DNA of 64,000 nucleotides from Camelus dromedarius (GCF_036321535.1 NC_087437.1:13394001-13458000), one strand, 5' to 3'. Positions 1-12,984 are shown, numbered from the stretch's first letter. Translations and numbers: made by a program. The notes: generated by a model from the sequence alone, not told the origin.

Positions 1-720
1 TGACCTCCTCATGGGTGCCCAACAAGCTCCAACCTGTGGGCACCGCCGTTTTGAAGCAGGGATGAGCTTAATGCCGCTGTGAGGTGCCTGCAGACCCGCG
101 CTATGACAGGAAAATGTCCAATTTGGGTTGGTGACACCGTCACGGGTACTGCTCTTGGCGTGTAAGTGTTGTGGCCTGCATTTGCAATAGAATTAAATGC
201 TAAATTGTAGTGCAGTGTTAGAAAACAGATTTGTGGCTTTTTTTCCGTTCAAGTTCACGGATTCCTTGAATCCTGTTGATAGACACGTGTGACTAGGGGA
301 ATGTGTCGTCCCTAATCGGGGTACTGTTGAGAATGAAATGGAGTGGGGTTGTCACTCTTAAGAAGTGGGTGTGAACTGGGACGGGCCTGGCAAATTGGAA
401 CGTCGTAAGGTCCTTTCCGCCACTGTCACCTCTCTGGGGTCTCTTTCCCCGGATCAGTTTTCACTTCCCTGGTGCAAAGAGTTGGCGTCATCCGCCCTGT
501 TCTTAGGGGTCGTGGTCGTGGATACTGATGGGCTCGGGGAAGTGGACACCAACTTTCGCTGAAAGAAGTCACCTGTCAGGGCCCCCTCCAGGCCGAGGGA
601 CGCCGTTGTAAGAGCTAGGAGGTGTGCTTCCTTGGAGCGGCCGCGGCCTCTGGCTCCCGACTGGGTGAACGCTGGCCGGCGTTTCAGCTCCCGGTGGCCG
701 CCTTGGCCGGGTGTCCTGGT
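1..720. promoter_or_regulatory. CpG-rich segment, probable 3' shore of a promoter CpG island upstream of the window
   Basis: Many retained CpGs and high GC, including a NotI site GCGGCCGC at 637-644; CpG density falls after about 720. Confidence 0.55.
40..290 (+). mobile_element. Charlie4a-like hAT DNA transposon fragment (3' part)
   Basis: GGTGACACCGTCACGGGTACTGCT...AAATGCTAAATT...TTCAAGTTCACGGA resembles recalled Charlie4a consensus and the copy at 6600-6845. Confidence 0.65.
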
Positions 721-1220
721 GCTTTGGCCAACTTCAGCCTCAAGTGAGGTTGAATTATGAGACTACACTGCACTTCAGCCGAAAGTTTCAGCTTCTCCAA
801 CATTTTTATTTCTTTTCTTTTCAATTTTTGTTTTTTTAAAGCAGAGCTCCCACAATAGCTTTGAAAGTTTTCTTTCCTTTCCCTGCCCAGTTCCTACTGA
901 TCAGAAAGTGGCCTCAGTGCAGGCAGATGGAGGGAGACCCACCGGAAAAGACCAGAATCTGGAGAATGGTTAAACTGGATAGCAAGGCCTTGAGTGATGG
1001 CGAGGGCCTGAGGGCCTGCAGTGTTCCCTGTGCACGCGGCTCGTGTTGTCCCGTGTTGGGGGAAGGTGGCAGGGCATCCCTGCTCCTGGAGATCACGGTG
1101 TTTCTTTCTGTTCTGTGGGTGATGTGGAACTTGCTTAGTAGAATAAAAGGCTCTTCCAGGAAAGCTTTTGACTTTGCAAGGGGGATGCAGCCTCTCAGAA
1201 ATATATATCGAATATTTGAT

Positions 1221-1360
1221 TGGGAGCCAAGCCCCTGGGTTCTAGTTCCAGCTTTGGCCCTAACCAGCTCTGTGTCTTTGGACTGGTTAAGATGACTTCC
1301 CCAGTAAGTGGATGATTGGAAGCCAGATGGTTTCGAAAGCCCCTCCCAGTGCGGTGGCTT
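1221..1360 (+). mobile_element. MIR-family SINE fragment
   Basis: CCTGGGTTCTAGTTCCAGCTTTGGCCCTAACCAGCTCTGTGTCTTTGG matches the MIR head/core. Confidence 0.6.
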
Positions 1361-1705
1361 CCAGAGGCATTGTTTTATTTACGCTCCGGATGATGGTTTT
1401 CCTCTTCAAGCTGGTTCTGACTTCTTTGCTTAGGACTTCCAGCCCTTGTGTACCACAGATCCAATAAGGATAGATGGAGACACTCCACAATCCCGAGGCT
1501 CTGTGACTAGAGTCAGGGGGTGGGAGTGGGGAGGTGGAAGGGATTACAGCCAGCAGGCCAAGGGACAGAGTAGGAAAGGACTGGAACACTCTATAACTTT
1601 CCTCGCAGCAATGACCATCACTCAGGAAGGGCGTAGGAAAGATGGAGGAGGAGTTCCGAACATTTCGACTGTGTGCTCATCTGTGTCTAACTCCTTATAA
1701 CCGTA

Positions 1706-2180
1706 TAATCATGTCACTCCCTCCTAAAAACTTTCAAGTGACTCCTGGTTGCATCTCAGAGGATTACATCCTTATTACGGGTTAATAGGTCCTTCATCAC
1801 CCGGTCCCACCTGTCTCTCCATCTGACGTTTTCCTTGGCACACCTACGCCCCGATGTGTTAGAGCTGGTGTGTTAGTACTGGCTAGTACTGACGAGGGTT
1901 CACGTGTCTTCTCTCAACTCTGCGCTCAGTGATATCATATTGTAGCTTGAAATCTGGTATGGTAGCGGCATTTACACCACAGAAACTGACAGACGTTATA
2001 AAGCAATGCCTTTTTTTCCCCTGGAGTGTCTCTTGTTAAAATTTACTAGCACGCACCGCTGCCCCTGCCCCGTTTGCCATTCTCGACTCCTGACAGTTCA
2101 TCAGACAAATGAACTCTCTCCTTCTCGCTCACTTTCCCTTCTTCTGTCCCTCCCTTCATTCTGTCTTACTCTTCATCCAC
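1706..2180 (+). mobile_element. L2 LINE fragment interrupted by MER63A
   Basis: ATCATGTCACTCCCTCCTAAAAACTTTCAAGTGACTCC is an L2 3'-region motif; similarity appears to resume after 2061. Confidence 0.55.
1863..2061 (+). mobile_element. MER63A-like hAT-Blackjack MITE
   Basis: GTAGCTTGAAATCTGGTATGGTAGCGGCATTTACACCACAGAAAC core and TTGTTAAAATTTACTAGCACGCACCGCTG terminus; about 200 bp. Confidence 0.8.
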
Positions 2181-2230
2181 CAACTAATCCAAAGGTAGCC
2201 AGACTCTATTCTCATTCCTCTTCTGCCCCT

Positions 2231-2380
2231 TAATAGCTGAGTGAGTGAATCTGGGAAAATTTCCTAACTTTTAATATGCCTCAGTTTTCTCTGTGTAAAA
2301 TGGGTATAATAATGGGTCATTGTGAGGCTTAAATGAGGCTTACCATATGTATAAGGTGCTTTGAATAGTGTCTGGCACAA
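2231..2380 (+). mobile_element. MIR SINE
   Basis: GCCTCAGTTTTCTCTGTGTAAAATGGGTATAATAAT core followed by a MIR 3' end. Confidence 0.8.
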
Positions 2381-2544
2381 TCTTATTTTACCACTATTTT
2401 AGTATTTGTTATTAGTATTGATCACAACATTATTGATTGCTTATTATGTCCACAGCACATATGAAAAGAGGTTCAGTAAAACAAGCACAAGATAATGTTT
2501 AAGAGTCTTGAACAAAGCCTGGTTAGTTCTCGCAAGGTTATCAG

Positions 2545-2720
2545 AATTGATTTCTTGGAGCCAGGGGCATTTGAACTGAATCTCGAAAGACTGATTACAT
2601 ATACCCACCAACCGCGCAAGCCTGATGGTGGCATCTCGGGAGAAGGCAAGTCACGTGAGCATGACTTGGGGACCGGCATGCTCTGCTAGGGTTTTGTGTA
2701 GCCGGGCATGAGATCATGGA
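2545..2720 (-). mobile_element. L2 fragment
   Basis: TTTCTTGGAGCCAGGGGCATTTGAACTGAATCTCGAAAG resembles antisense L2. Confidence 0.5.
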
Positions 2721-2789
2721 GGGAGAGGAGTCCTTGATCATATTCAGGTGGCACAAGATCCCCGGGGAAGCGAGCTCAGGGTCCTGCTA

Positions 2790-2975
2790 GCTCTGCCTTC
2801 CTGTTGCCTGCACAAGCGCTGCAGGTTTGAGCTTCGGATTTTCCCCCCAAAGTCAGAAATCTAGGTTTTACTGTGGAAGCTCCTAATGTTTAATGGTAAA
2901 GCTAATTCAATTTAAAAAATAAACAAAACAAAGCACATCCAGAGGCTGTCTTCAGGCTCCTGCTGGAGAGTGGGA
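2790..2975 (+). mobile_element. MER102-like hAT-Charlie fragment
   Basis: AAGTCAGAAATCTAGGTTTTACTGTGGAAGCTCCTAATGTTTAATGG...CTAATTCAA resembles the recalled MER102 3' part. Confidence 0.45.
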
Positions 2976-4219
2976 CTCTCCATCCCCAAGCTGTGCCAAG
3001 CTAAGGCCTGCAGTTGGAATTTCTGATTTTGAATGTGATCCGGCCAGTCTCTGGGTGGCCACCGTGAGAGTCACCCCAGGGCTCTGAGCCCTGGCTGTCT
3101 GCCAGATGGCTCTCCTGTTCCCTGTCCTACATACCTTGCTGTAAGGAGCTAAAAGCCCTTGCAAAGAACCAATTCGAATTGTCCCTAGGCCCTGTGTGCT
3201 GTGGCCGAGCGGTACTCAGGACAGCCCCAGCCTGATTTCAGTTCACCCAGAGACACCCGAATATCCTCACTTGCCTCTTCAATTTTAACAGTAGATGGGG
3301 GAAGAGACATGTAGGAGTGTGTTCTCCCCCTTCGTTCTGTTGAAAACATCACTAGGAGCTTGACATTCCGTTGTGGAAGTCTGGATGTCACAGACCCAGC
3401 TAAGAGCTATTGATTGCTTCTGCATGGATTCAAGATCAAGGGGAAACGGTGCACCCAGCCGCCATGTGGTGTGTGTGTTGATTGTTTGCTTGCAGGGGGC
3501 GGGGGGGTGATTCTCTGATAGGTCAGTCGCCCTGGGTGTTAGTTGGGGTCATGTCTAGATTTGCACTTACATGGGTGAAATTTCCCCTCTTTTACTCCCT
3601 TTCCATTCCAGGCTGCCTGCGATTGTGCAGGCTTTTAAGAAGTGATCAGACCTTGGAAGAGCTGAATTATTTCCAGTTGAGGGGTTGAGCTTGGTGGATG
3701 CTGGCTTCTACAGCCGAGAGGTGGAGGAGCACCCAGCCTACTTCATCAGGCCTGGTTGAAAGCACTCTGTAATTGCAGCTTTGTGAACATCTCAGGCTTA
3801 TTATAATACAGTGAATCTGGGTATTATTCTGATTTTGTGTTATTTTTGTTTCATTGTATTGCCTGATTGAACTTGATGTTGAGAAGCGTTAGAGCTGCAG
3901 ACAGGCCTTGAAGGAAGGATTTGTGACTTACCTGGATTTTGGCTTCACTACGGGGATCCCTGCTGCAGGAGCTGACCTGGGTGTCAGAGGCCATTTCACT
4001 CTCCTCCAAGCCCTCAGCCTCTTGGGCCCTCAGGACTGAGCTGTGAGATGCTGCAGGAGCTCTCACCCCTGCTGGTGTCTGGGACCCTGACCGCCCCCCC
4101 CAACCCACTGCAGGAGCCAAACCCCAGAGAAGCCAACAACCTACTCTTCTGAGGTGGATTTGAAGCAGTTAGGTCTGTTGAATTAACAGAGGTAAAATAG
4201 CACATTTGCTGTGAAGGAG

Positions 4220-4519
4220 GTGTGATGGTGTTTGGAGATGGGGCCTTTGGGAGGTGATTAGGTCGGGGTGAGGTCAGGAGGGTGGGGCCGACAGCAGAAA
4301 GCTTGCCTCCTCTTGTTTCGCCCACACACCCCATCGGAAGGCCACGTGAGGATCCAGCAAGCGCACGGCCTTCGGCAACCCAAGGAGAGGGCTCTCACCA
4401 GACACTGACCATGCTGTCACTTTGATCTTGAACCTCCAGTCACCAAAACTGGGAGAAATTAATTCCTGTTGCACTCCGTCTATGGTATTTTGTCACGGCA
4501 GCCTGAGCCGACCAAGACA
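4220..4519 (+). mobile_element. MLT1A-like ERVL-MaLR LTR
   Basis: TGTGATGGTGTTTGGAGATGGGGCCTTTGGGAGGTGATTAGGT...GTCTATGGTATTTTGTCACGGCAGCCTGAGCCGACCAAGACA terminus. Confidence 0.85.
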
Positions 4520-4589
4520 GAAGTCACCATAGCTTAGCCAGGCACCTAGCCACCTTGTGCAACATCTCTGAGCAGAGAAGTACCTTTTT

Positions 4590-4675
4590 CATACCGCCGT
4601 ATCTGATGCTCGCCACCAACCTGGCACACAGTAGGCCCTCAGTAGCTACTTATTGAATGAAAGAATGAATAAATA
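4590..4675 (+). mobile_element. L2 3' tail
   Basis: CCTGGCACACAGTAGGCCCTCAGTAGCTACTTATTGAATGAAAGAATGAAT. Confidence 0.7.
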
Positions 4676-5957
4676 CTAATGCATGGAGTGGAAAACCTCC
4701 AATTTATAAGCAAACATTTGAAAAGTTCATTTGAGTGTTGGAGATTTCCTTCAATTGTGGCTTGAGATGAAGGAAAAATAAATTCTTTTAGAGAAGAAGC
4801 TGTTAATAGCTTGCACTGTTTACCAACTCACACCTCGTAGGGTCTCCTACAACTCTTCTCCGTAAAGAGATGCCGCGCTGGGCTGCTGACCTCCCAAAAC
4901 CTAAGTTTAGTAAAATAGCAAAGAAAAATCATTTCTTTATGAGAGAATCATAGAACCGCAACATTGGAAAGGACTTCTGAGGTCCTTTTTAATTTAAAAT
5001 ATCCAGTGGGCAGATGGCCAGAGAAGGATGTGATGTCTTTTCTGACAAAATGGTGGCTTTAGGGGGTCTTTCCTTCCTCTGAGAAATTCCGCAGACACTG
5101 TGAGCAGTTTGCTCCATGGCTTTTGCCATTTGAGAATGAAGGAGCTATTTCCTCAAGATGCTCTTCATCTTTATTCATATCTGGGAGCAGATGAGTTCAG
5201 CGTGTGTGGGTGTGGGATTTGAGGAGCTTGAACGGCTTAGGTAGCAGTTGGCGTGCCGGTCGTGTGATGAGGAACATGTATCGACAATATTAAATTGTGG
5301 GCTGAATCTTGGTTTTGGCGTTTAAAAAAAAAAAAAGAATACAATTTCTAAAAGCATTGTTTTTATGCCAGGGGTGTTTCTCAATGTTGGGTCAACAGTG
5401 CTGAGAAATGCAGGCCTCCAATATGCATCACGTTCTTCTCCCTTGCCTGGTTTTCCTATGTCAGCCCTGCTAAACTTCCTTCTGAACTGGAAGGTGCTGT
5501 GGAGTTTCTAAATATACATCCATATGGGACTCAACTGATGGAGGGAAATAGCTTCAGTAATAACAGGCAAAACTTTAATCACTTTTCATATTGAAGGTGG
5601 AAGAGCCAACTGGGTTCCAAGAGAAATTAATGGTATTTGAGTCGCTAGGAAGTTGCTGTTTGCTTCCCAGGCTCTAAAATCTCTGTCATCACCAGCTTCC
5701 AGGGCTTTCTTGGGTGAAGCTGTATACCATCGCTTCTTTAAAAAGTCATCTTCCTTTCTCTACCATTTCTTTGTGCTGACAGTAACAGAGGAGGAGTACA
5801 GAGAAACTTTCTTATACTTGGTGGTGGGTGGCGTAAGCAGTGTGAGCCTGACCATGTGCGGCTCTAGGTAACAGTGTGGAGTCTACAAGGAGCAGGTGTC
5901 TTTAGTCAAGAACACGTGGCTTTTCAGGGCCCTGGATTAGGAACAGAATGCTTAGGT

Positions 5958-6845
5958 TGGGGGTTTTAACCATTTTTCTTGATATGTATCCTTTTGGCCG
6001 TCTAGTGAAACCTATGTATCCCTTCTTATTTTTTATGTAAAATTCATATTTTTAATTTATTTAAATAAAGTGTAAAAACATTTTTCAATGTAAAAAGTAC
6101 ATAGAATTAGAAAGAACAACAACAAAAAAATACACAGATACACTGACTTTCACAGAAGTTAACATTATGCACGACCTCTCTCTCTGTCCGATCTGTCATC
6201 AGTATTTTAAAAATGACTTTAAATAACACACTTTAATAGTTAGCTTACTCATCAGATGTGCTTGAACTTGCCTGGTATAGACTTGTAACTCACATGCCTA
6301 TCATATTTCCAAAGACAGTGTTAACTTATAAGTAATCCAACATTCTCATTTGAACTGTCCATGTTTGCAAAACTGTAACAAATAATTTAAATGGTTGACT
6401 TTTTTCCACACGTGTCCATGAAGGAGAAGCAGGTGTAGATAGGTAAGACCATAAAACATTCTAGAAGTCTGGATCACTAGGTAGAGAATGCATTGAATGA
6501 CTACCACATTAGAAACTGACCAAGAGTTTTCCTCTGTATATTATGAAGGGCTATGGTCAGGAAGAATTAACTATCATGATTTTAAAGTCATGATGTGCAT
6601 AAATGATATTTTCAGGATTTCTGGAACAACGGTGTTTTCATGTGAAAAAAAAAAAGCTGTGGTGACATCATAGGTACCGATAATAATAAAGTACTTTGTT
6701 GCTGGCCTTTAAAATGGAAGGAAATGCTTAAATCCAGGTGGAGATCAGTGGAGAAAAAAATCAGAAAAGACCTTCCACTGTTGTGGTCCTCTGTATTTTA
6801 GCCATGGCCACACTGTGGGTGTGGACCTTGAGTTAAAAACCTCTG
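5958..6845 (+). mobile_element. Charlie4-derived hAT DNA transposon with both ends
   Basis: Ends GGGGTTTTAACC and AGTTAAAAACCTCTG are degenerate inverted termini; internal motifs CTAGTGAAACCTATGTATCCCTTCT and GAAGGAAATGCTTAAAT. Confidence 0.7.
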
Positions 6846-7472
6846 CCTCAAGGTGTGAGTGAACATCTGAGAATAACCAAAGCGGTTTTCAGATGGACGA
6901 GACCCGTTAGAAGGGATTATAAAAGAACGTCATTTTCTGTTTGGTAGTTTATTTCACAAACATGCCAGAATTTAACCTAAAGACTGAGGTTGGCTTCATA
7001 ACTGGTCCCTTTGGAGAGAGATGCCGTCGACTTTATTCAAAATAGTGCTGGATCTTCTTTGAGAGCCAATAGTATAATATTTTGAATATATTCATCAATG
7101 TTAATTCTTAAAGTGTTTCGGGGTGGGTCTGGTGTTTTGAAATAAGCCAAAGCCATTTGAGGTAAGGCTGCTGAATACAGAGGGTGATCAGGGTGTGGAG
7201 ACATCAGATTGGACTTGAGAAGCCCCAGGCTTCTTTTCAGAAGGGACTGGTCCACGCCCCTGAAGGATGCTCCATCACGGTGGAGGTGGGGTAGGGATGA
7301 GATCCAGAAAAGACTACATTTCCGAAATGATAGCATCCTTGGAGTCAGTCTCTAGTTCTCTAGGGTGACAACTTTATACACTTATGTCACTCTGTAAAGT
7401 CACATTCCAAGATGGCTTCAACATATTTAGTGACAATATCCAGGATCACAGTCTGTGCAGTCTTGAGTAGAA

Positions 7473-7971
7473 CTGCATTGTCCTGTAGACCTTCAATGCT
7501 AGGTTCTTAGGTGATTTAAAATCTCCTAATAGTCACACTACACGTGTAAAAAGATAAAGGTGAAATTCGTTTAAATAATGTATTTTACTTAACCCAATAT
7601 ATCCAAAATTATCATTTAAACATATAAGCAACTTAATATTTATTAAATTTTCTTTCACACTGAGTCTTTGAGATCTAGTGTGTATTTTATACCTACAGCA
7701 CCTTGCACTTTGGACACCGAATTTTCCTCGGAGACACTTGACCTTTATTTAGATTTCATAAAATTTACTGTTGAAAAATCAGACTCACACATCCAAGTTG
7801 TTTCAGATGTACTTAAATGTTTTCCAGTAACTACACTGAATGTTCATTTTTAAGTTTAAATGTAAATAAATCCCATTGAAAATCCAACCTTTAGCTCCTC
7901 AGTCTCGCTAGCCACATTTCAGGTGCTTGGTGGCCACATGTGACTGGTGGTCACCATATTGGATGGTGCAG
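7473..7971 (+). mobile_element. Charlie1b/MER33-type hAT DNA transposon
   Basis: TAACCCAATATATCCAAAAT, TTTAGATTTCATAAAATTTAC and CTAGCCACATTTCAGGTGCT...ATTGGATGGTGCAG; imperfect TIRs CTGCATTGTCC/GGATGGTGCAG. Confidence 0.85.
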
Positions 7972-8339
7972 GTCAAGGTTATATGGGGCAACAGTTGGAG
8001 AGGGGTCCCGAGGCACAGTGTGGACAGTGAAACTGGAAAAATGAAGGCGAGAGGCTTGGCCCTCCAGTTGTTTTTCCTTTTTGTGAATCAGTTCTTTTAG
8101 TCTTCTCGTTAATCCAGTATTTTTCCAAAAGCTCCGTATCCCTTCTTTAGAATCTTTCATACAAACCCCCTTAGGGCTTCTGCTTATGACTGTCGACCAT
8201 CTGCATCCAGGGGCATCCTGTGTCGCTGCTTCCGGGAGGGAAGGTTTGGGGAGAGGGTAGATTCGGTGGGGACAGGAAGCTCGTGCCTCTGCCCCAGGTT
8301 CTGATGACCGAGCAGTCAGACCACAGGAGTAGAGTGTCT

Positions 8340-8720
8340 TGACTCTAAGCCCCACTGGTTGCCCACCTCTCTCCTAGTACCTCTGGTTCTGATTCTGAAA
8401 ATTTGGGGTAGGGCGCAGGAAATCGCATTTTTATGAAGTCTTCCTTGCTTTCCCTCTCTCTCCCCACTAAGTGATTCAGAGCGGTTTAATTTAAGAACTA
8501 CTGACCTAAGCATCCTTCCGCTGACTGTATTCTTTTTGCTAGAGGTTTGTCATATTTGTTCTGAAGAGCCAACCTCCTGTGTCTCATTAACCTGGAGAGT
8601 TGTAGGCCCTGCCCCAGACCAGCTAAATCAGTGTCTGAAAGTGTGGCGTTAGGAATCTGCATTTTTAACAAGGTCCTGAAGTAATTCTTATGCCTGGTGA
8701 GCTGTAAAGACTTTAACCTT
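8340..8720. mobile_element. Two adjacent MER5-like hAT MITE remnants (about 8340-8504 and 8540-8720)
   Basis: GGAATCTGCATTTTTAACAAG and GGAAATCGCATTTTTATGAAG motifs typical of MER5A/B. Confidence 0.6.
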
Positions 8721-9644
8721 TATGCAGCCCCTCCAGCTTAGAAATATGCAATTCTTCAATTCCATCCTTTCTTATGCCTCCCTTTGCCCCCACCCCCGTG
8801 CCTGACATTTAGAAATCCACATGCCATATTTATTCTGCCTCCTCTGGGTTAAGGTTATTTAACAAGTGTGCATTTGTCCCAGGGACTGGGGACACAGAAA
8901 TATAGATCATGGGATTCCGTCTCTGACTGGTGAGAGCTTGTAGAAATAGGAGGGAGAGCCAGATCTACGGGAAACTGAGGTCATGGAGCACCACAGTGGA
9001 GTGCTGGGTGCCCTGAGGTCACAAAGAAGACTTGAGTTATATGCACCTGGGTCTTGAATTGATGAGAATGGCTTTAAAAAAGGAGCCTCAGAGACCCAGA
9101 GTTGATTCAGGAAAGTGACTGTTGATATTCCATCAGACAGGGGAAGGGAAGGACACCTGAAGACTCAGGATGAATTAGGATGTGGGAAGGGGAGCAGAGC
9201 CATTATGGATGACACAGCACAATGGATTTATTGTAGAAATCAGACCTTACAGAGTTAGGTGCTCAGGATGCAGAGGTCCGCAAGGGCACAGGTGGAGGAG
9301 CAGAGCAAAGTCCCTGCGCAGGGACTAGGGAGGGAGCTGGTGAGATCTACAGAAGGTAGGTCTGCAGGGCTCACAGGGGAACGATGAGGGCTGAAGTGAG
9401 GGAAGAGAGGGCAGCTGGAATCGGGGAGGATGGAGTGGAGGCTGCGCCTGCCGGAGGAGCCGGAGGAGCTGACCACACGACTCAGAACTGACGGAGGAAG
9501 TGTGACCGTGCATGTGGGTATGTGTATGTTACCTACATGTGTACAAATACGGTTTCTGTATGTGGATGGTGTATATGTAGGTGGTTTTAAATCTAAATAG
9601 CTGCGTAGGCTGTGGCCTCAGCATGGGGAATGGAGTGAACTGAC

Positions 9645-9790
9645 ATCTGAAGCTGTGAGTGAAGTTCCTGGTTTCCACCAGCCTGACCTTGGACAACCCC
9701 CCAAGTATCTCTGAGCCTCGGTCTCCTCATCCGGGAAACGCAGACGGTGTGAAACATCAGGAATCATGCGACCCAAGGCATGTATTTTGT
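9645..9790 (+). mobile_element. MIR fragment
   Basis: TGACCTTGGACAA...TCTCTGAGCCTCGGTCTCCTCATC core. Confidence 0.65.
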
Positions 9791-10589
9791 AGACCTCGAA
9801 GAGTGATATTTTGGAAGACACAGTGGTTCCATCCGTGTCAGAGTTTGCTGAGCAGCGTTTTCCTGGCCCCATTTTCAGTCTTTGCTGAAGGACTGGGAAA
9901 TGAATAGAGGCAATCAGCCTGATGTCAAGGGACAGCAGCTGTGTCTCTCAGGAGCTGCAGATCTTGTCACTTGTTTGGAGGTTGTCCCCAGCTTGGCCTG
10001 GCAACCCTGGCACTTTCTTGTTTCCTTAATTCTTGGGAAAGCCTTTTGCTCTAACTCTGTACTTATACACACACGCACACGTCCACACGCCCATAGACCA
10101 GTTTGACCGCATTCTACAGTGTGTCCCCAAGTACCCCAGTGTGCTAAGGGAGGTAGTTTTAGATAAGCATACTTTTTTTTTTTTTTGGTTGTATGTATCC
10201 TTTGACAGTATAGAAAAAAAGTAAGCATAGCTAAATCATTTATACTGATATTAAGTAATCTTGAATTTTTAAAAAAGTGCATAAATGCTAATACAGATAA
10301 AGCTTGAATGTAGCAACATTCTTGCAGGTAGTATGAATGACTAACAAGAGGGCAACTCTGACTTAATTGTGTTGATGAGGCTTTTAACACATTCAGAAAA
10401 GGAGACTCTCTTATGTCAGAAATGTTTTTATTCTTCATGGGTTTGGTATTTCATCCTAAAAAATTCTTTATAGGGACCTGAGTTTTTTATATCTACTTTA
10501 TATTGGCCACGTGAGGCACTTAAAAGGTTAGACTTTAACCTGGATTTAACTAGGGGGAAATAATTAGGCAAATTAAAATGAAGAGAAGT

Positions 10590-10643
10590 TCTAGAAAACA
10601 GCTAGTCCTGTATTTTACAAAAATGTCAATATCGTAAAACACC

Positions 10644-10674
<31 letters not shown>

Positions 10675-11260
10675 CAACAGGGCTGGAGAATCATTCTAGA
10701 TTAAAGGAAACTAAAGTGGTCTAGCAACTAAATATAATGTGTGATCCTTGATTGGACCCTGGATCAAAGATAAGAAGTTATAAAGGACATGTTGGGACAC
10801 TTAGAGAAATTTGAAAACCAACTGCTTATTAGACAATGATGGAGTTATCAATTTTAAGTTTTCTGAGTGTGATAATTGTCATATAGGGGACTCAGGGTGA
10901 AGTATTTATGGATGAAATACATCGGTGTCTACAACTAACTCTCAAATAGTTCAAGCCCAAATATACATCTGTTCACATACACTCATACACACACATACTG
11001 CCCGCATACACACAGATATATATGCACACAAAACATGCAAATGCATAGACACGCAGACGTACATGCCCATGTACACAGACACACATCGACCCATATGTGT
11101 ACATGCACACATACGTAGTTACATAAGTACAAGGAGAGGGAAAGCAGATGTGACAGAGTATTAACTGCTGGTCAAGCCAGAGGGCCTGTTGTGCAATTCT
11201 TGCACCCTTTTGGTAGACTCAGACTTAAAATATTTCAAAATAAAAAGTTGCAGAAAAAAT
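10590..11260 (+). mobile_element. Old L1 (L1MC-type) 3' end with internal (AAAAC)6 and a CA-rich tract
   Basis: TTCTAGATTAAAGGAAACTAAAG...GTGTGATCCTTGATTGGACCCTGGA and terminal TTTCAAAATAAAAAGTT. Confidence 0.8.
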
Positions 11261-11604
11261 TAACTTGTAAAGTAGAGAAATCTGAGAGATAATCTAAGAC
11301 TTTCATCATGTCGATCAAGAAGTTAAGTGTGGAGAATTTGGATTACATTTTCTTCTTGACCTGACTGAGGAGCATCCTTACCTTGCACAGAGACCTGCAG
11401 TTGCTCCGCAGCTAAGATCCCCTCCTCCACGTAACCACTGGACATAAAGCCGGTCTCTGGTCAGCAGAGCCAAGGGTGGTCCAGGGTGGCTGCCTTGATT
11501 CTAGTTTGCCCAGGCTTTACTGTTACAGCTGTTAGAGACAATACTGTTCCACACAGAATAGCCTCTGCTCTGGTGTAATAAGATTGTTGTGAATTCAGAA
11601 GTCC

Positions 11605-11850
11605 TTTAGTAAATCTTCGTTGAGTGCCCACTGTCCTCCGGGCATTGTTCTTAGGAGCTGATGGAAGACAGTTGAGATCCCACTTCTCATGGAGATTATG
11701 TTCTGGAGTGGGAGGGATAGAAGCAGCTAAGCAGGTAATGAGATGATGGGGTAATTTCAGAACTTGCTGAGTCTTGTAAAGGAAGGTTTATGAGGGTAAC
11801 ATGAGACGGAGGATGATGAGGCAATAGGGTGGCTTCTCCAAGGAGATGAC
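11605..11850 (-). mobile_element. L2 3' end
   Basis: AGTAAATCTTCGTTGAGTGCCCACTGT...TTCTCATGGAGATTATGTTCTGG is an antisense L2 tail. Confidence 0.65.
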
Positions 11851-12800
11851 CGATCGTTAACATCTCGGGGAAGAATTTTTTTTTTTTTCCATGTTTCTGT
11901 TATTTATTCCTGATTCTCCCAGCCTTTGAGTTTCCCCTGATGTCAAGGTCAAGGATCTTCTGAAACGTGACTGTTCTGCTGGGCTGCCCCCGGGGTCTGG
12001 TGCTTCTGGTTCATCCACGCCAAGCGACCCCAGGGCGGGGCCGAGACTGGGTGCGCTCCTGTCTTCACTCTCTTGGTGATGAAGGTAGACATTCTCTGTG
12101 CCCTTTTCATCTTTATGGTGGACTTTTAAGAAAGTTAAACCCCAAAACCAGAGCAAGCCCATCGTTTGCTCACACTGACACGTGGAGATGAAACTGAGTT
12201 ACCGTCCCTGAATAATGCTGCAGGGAGACTCCCAACCAGCGATTTTCAGTAATGCCCCCCCGGCACCCCTCTGAGTTACTAGCTGCTTTTGCTAATTCAC
12301 TATGACAGGTTTCTAAAGCAATCTGAGTTCATGTAAAAGCAGTGACACAGAGAATATTCAAACTTGCTTAAAGGAGGGTGGGGGAAAGAACTTCTATTAC
12401 GTCTTCCTTGTAACACCTACCAGGATCCATTTAGATTCATTTCCTGGAGGCATTAAATATGTTTTATTTTTTCTTTTTCAGTCACCTTTCCAGTTTCATC
12501 TGATAATTATATTCTATCTGCAGTGCTTGAATTTATCCCAGAGTGTAGAACCAGTCAGCTGATACTCCAGCCCAGAGGCCACCAAGGATAGGCAGGAAAG
12601 ACAGTATTGCTTAGCATTAGAGAAGTTCCAATTTTTAAAATTCAAGCCAAAAGGAAGTCGCTCATATAAAATCACTCAGGAGATGGGCTGGGAGGTGTAA
12701 AGGATCCTATGTAGGTTTCAGAATATCAGCGTTCCTTTTATTTCCCCCGATCCCACCGAGGTGCACCAAAGCCGGCCTTCCAGATGGCAGGGTGTGGGCC

Positions 12801-12897
12801 AGGCAGCACGGTGTACGATAGATAACACATAAGGGGTTTCGAGTCAGAGAACCTGGTTTGAGTCCCAGCCCCGCCACTTACAACTGTGATCTTGGCT
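12801..12897 (+). mobile_element. MIR 5' fragment
   Basis: GAGTCAGAGAACCTGGTTTGAGTCCCAGCCCCGCCACTTACAACTGTGATCTTGG. Confidence 0.75.
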
Positions 12898-12984
12898 CAA
12901 GGCCTGGCCCAGAGTAAACACTCAGCAGACAAGAGCCCCGCCCCCTGCTTCTCCCTCATCTTGTTGCTTTAAGCTTGGTTGCGC

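Noticed and set aside
3580..3725. Strong polypyrimidine acceptor (TTCCATTCCAG| at 3611)
   Set aside because: No good donor downstream and no recognisable coding frame.
10095..10560. Possible old hAT DNA transposon remnant
   Set aside because: Too degenerate to assign by eye.
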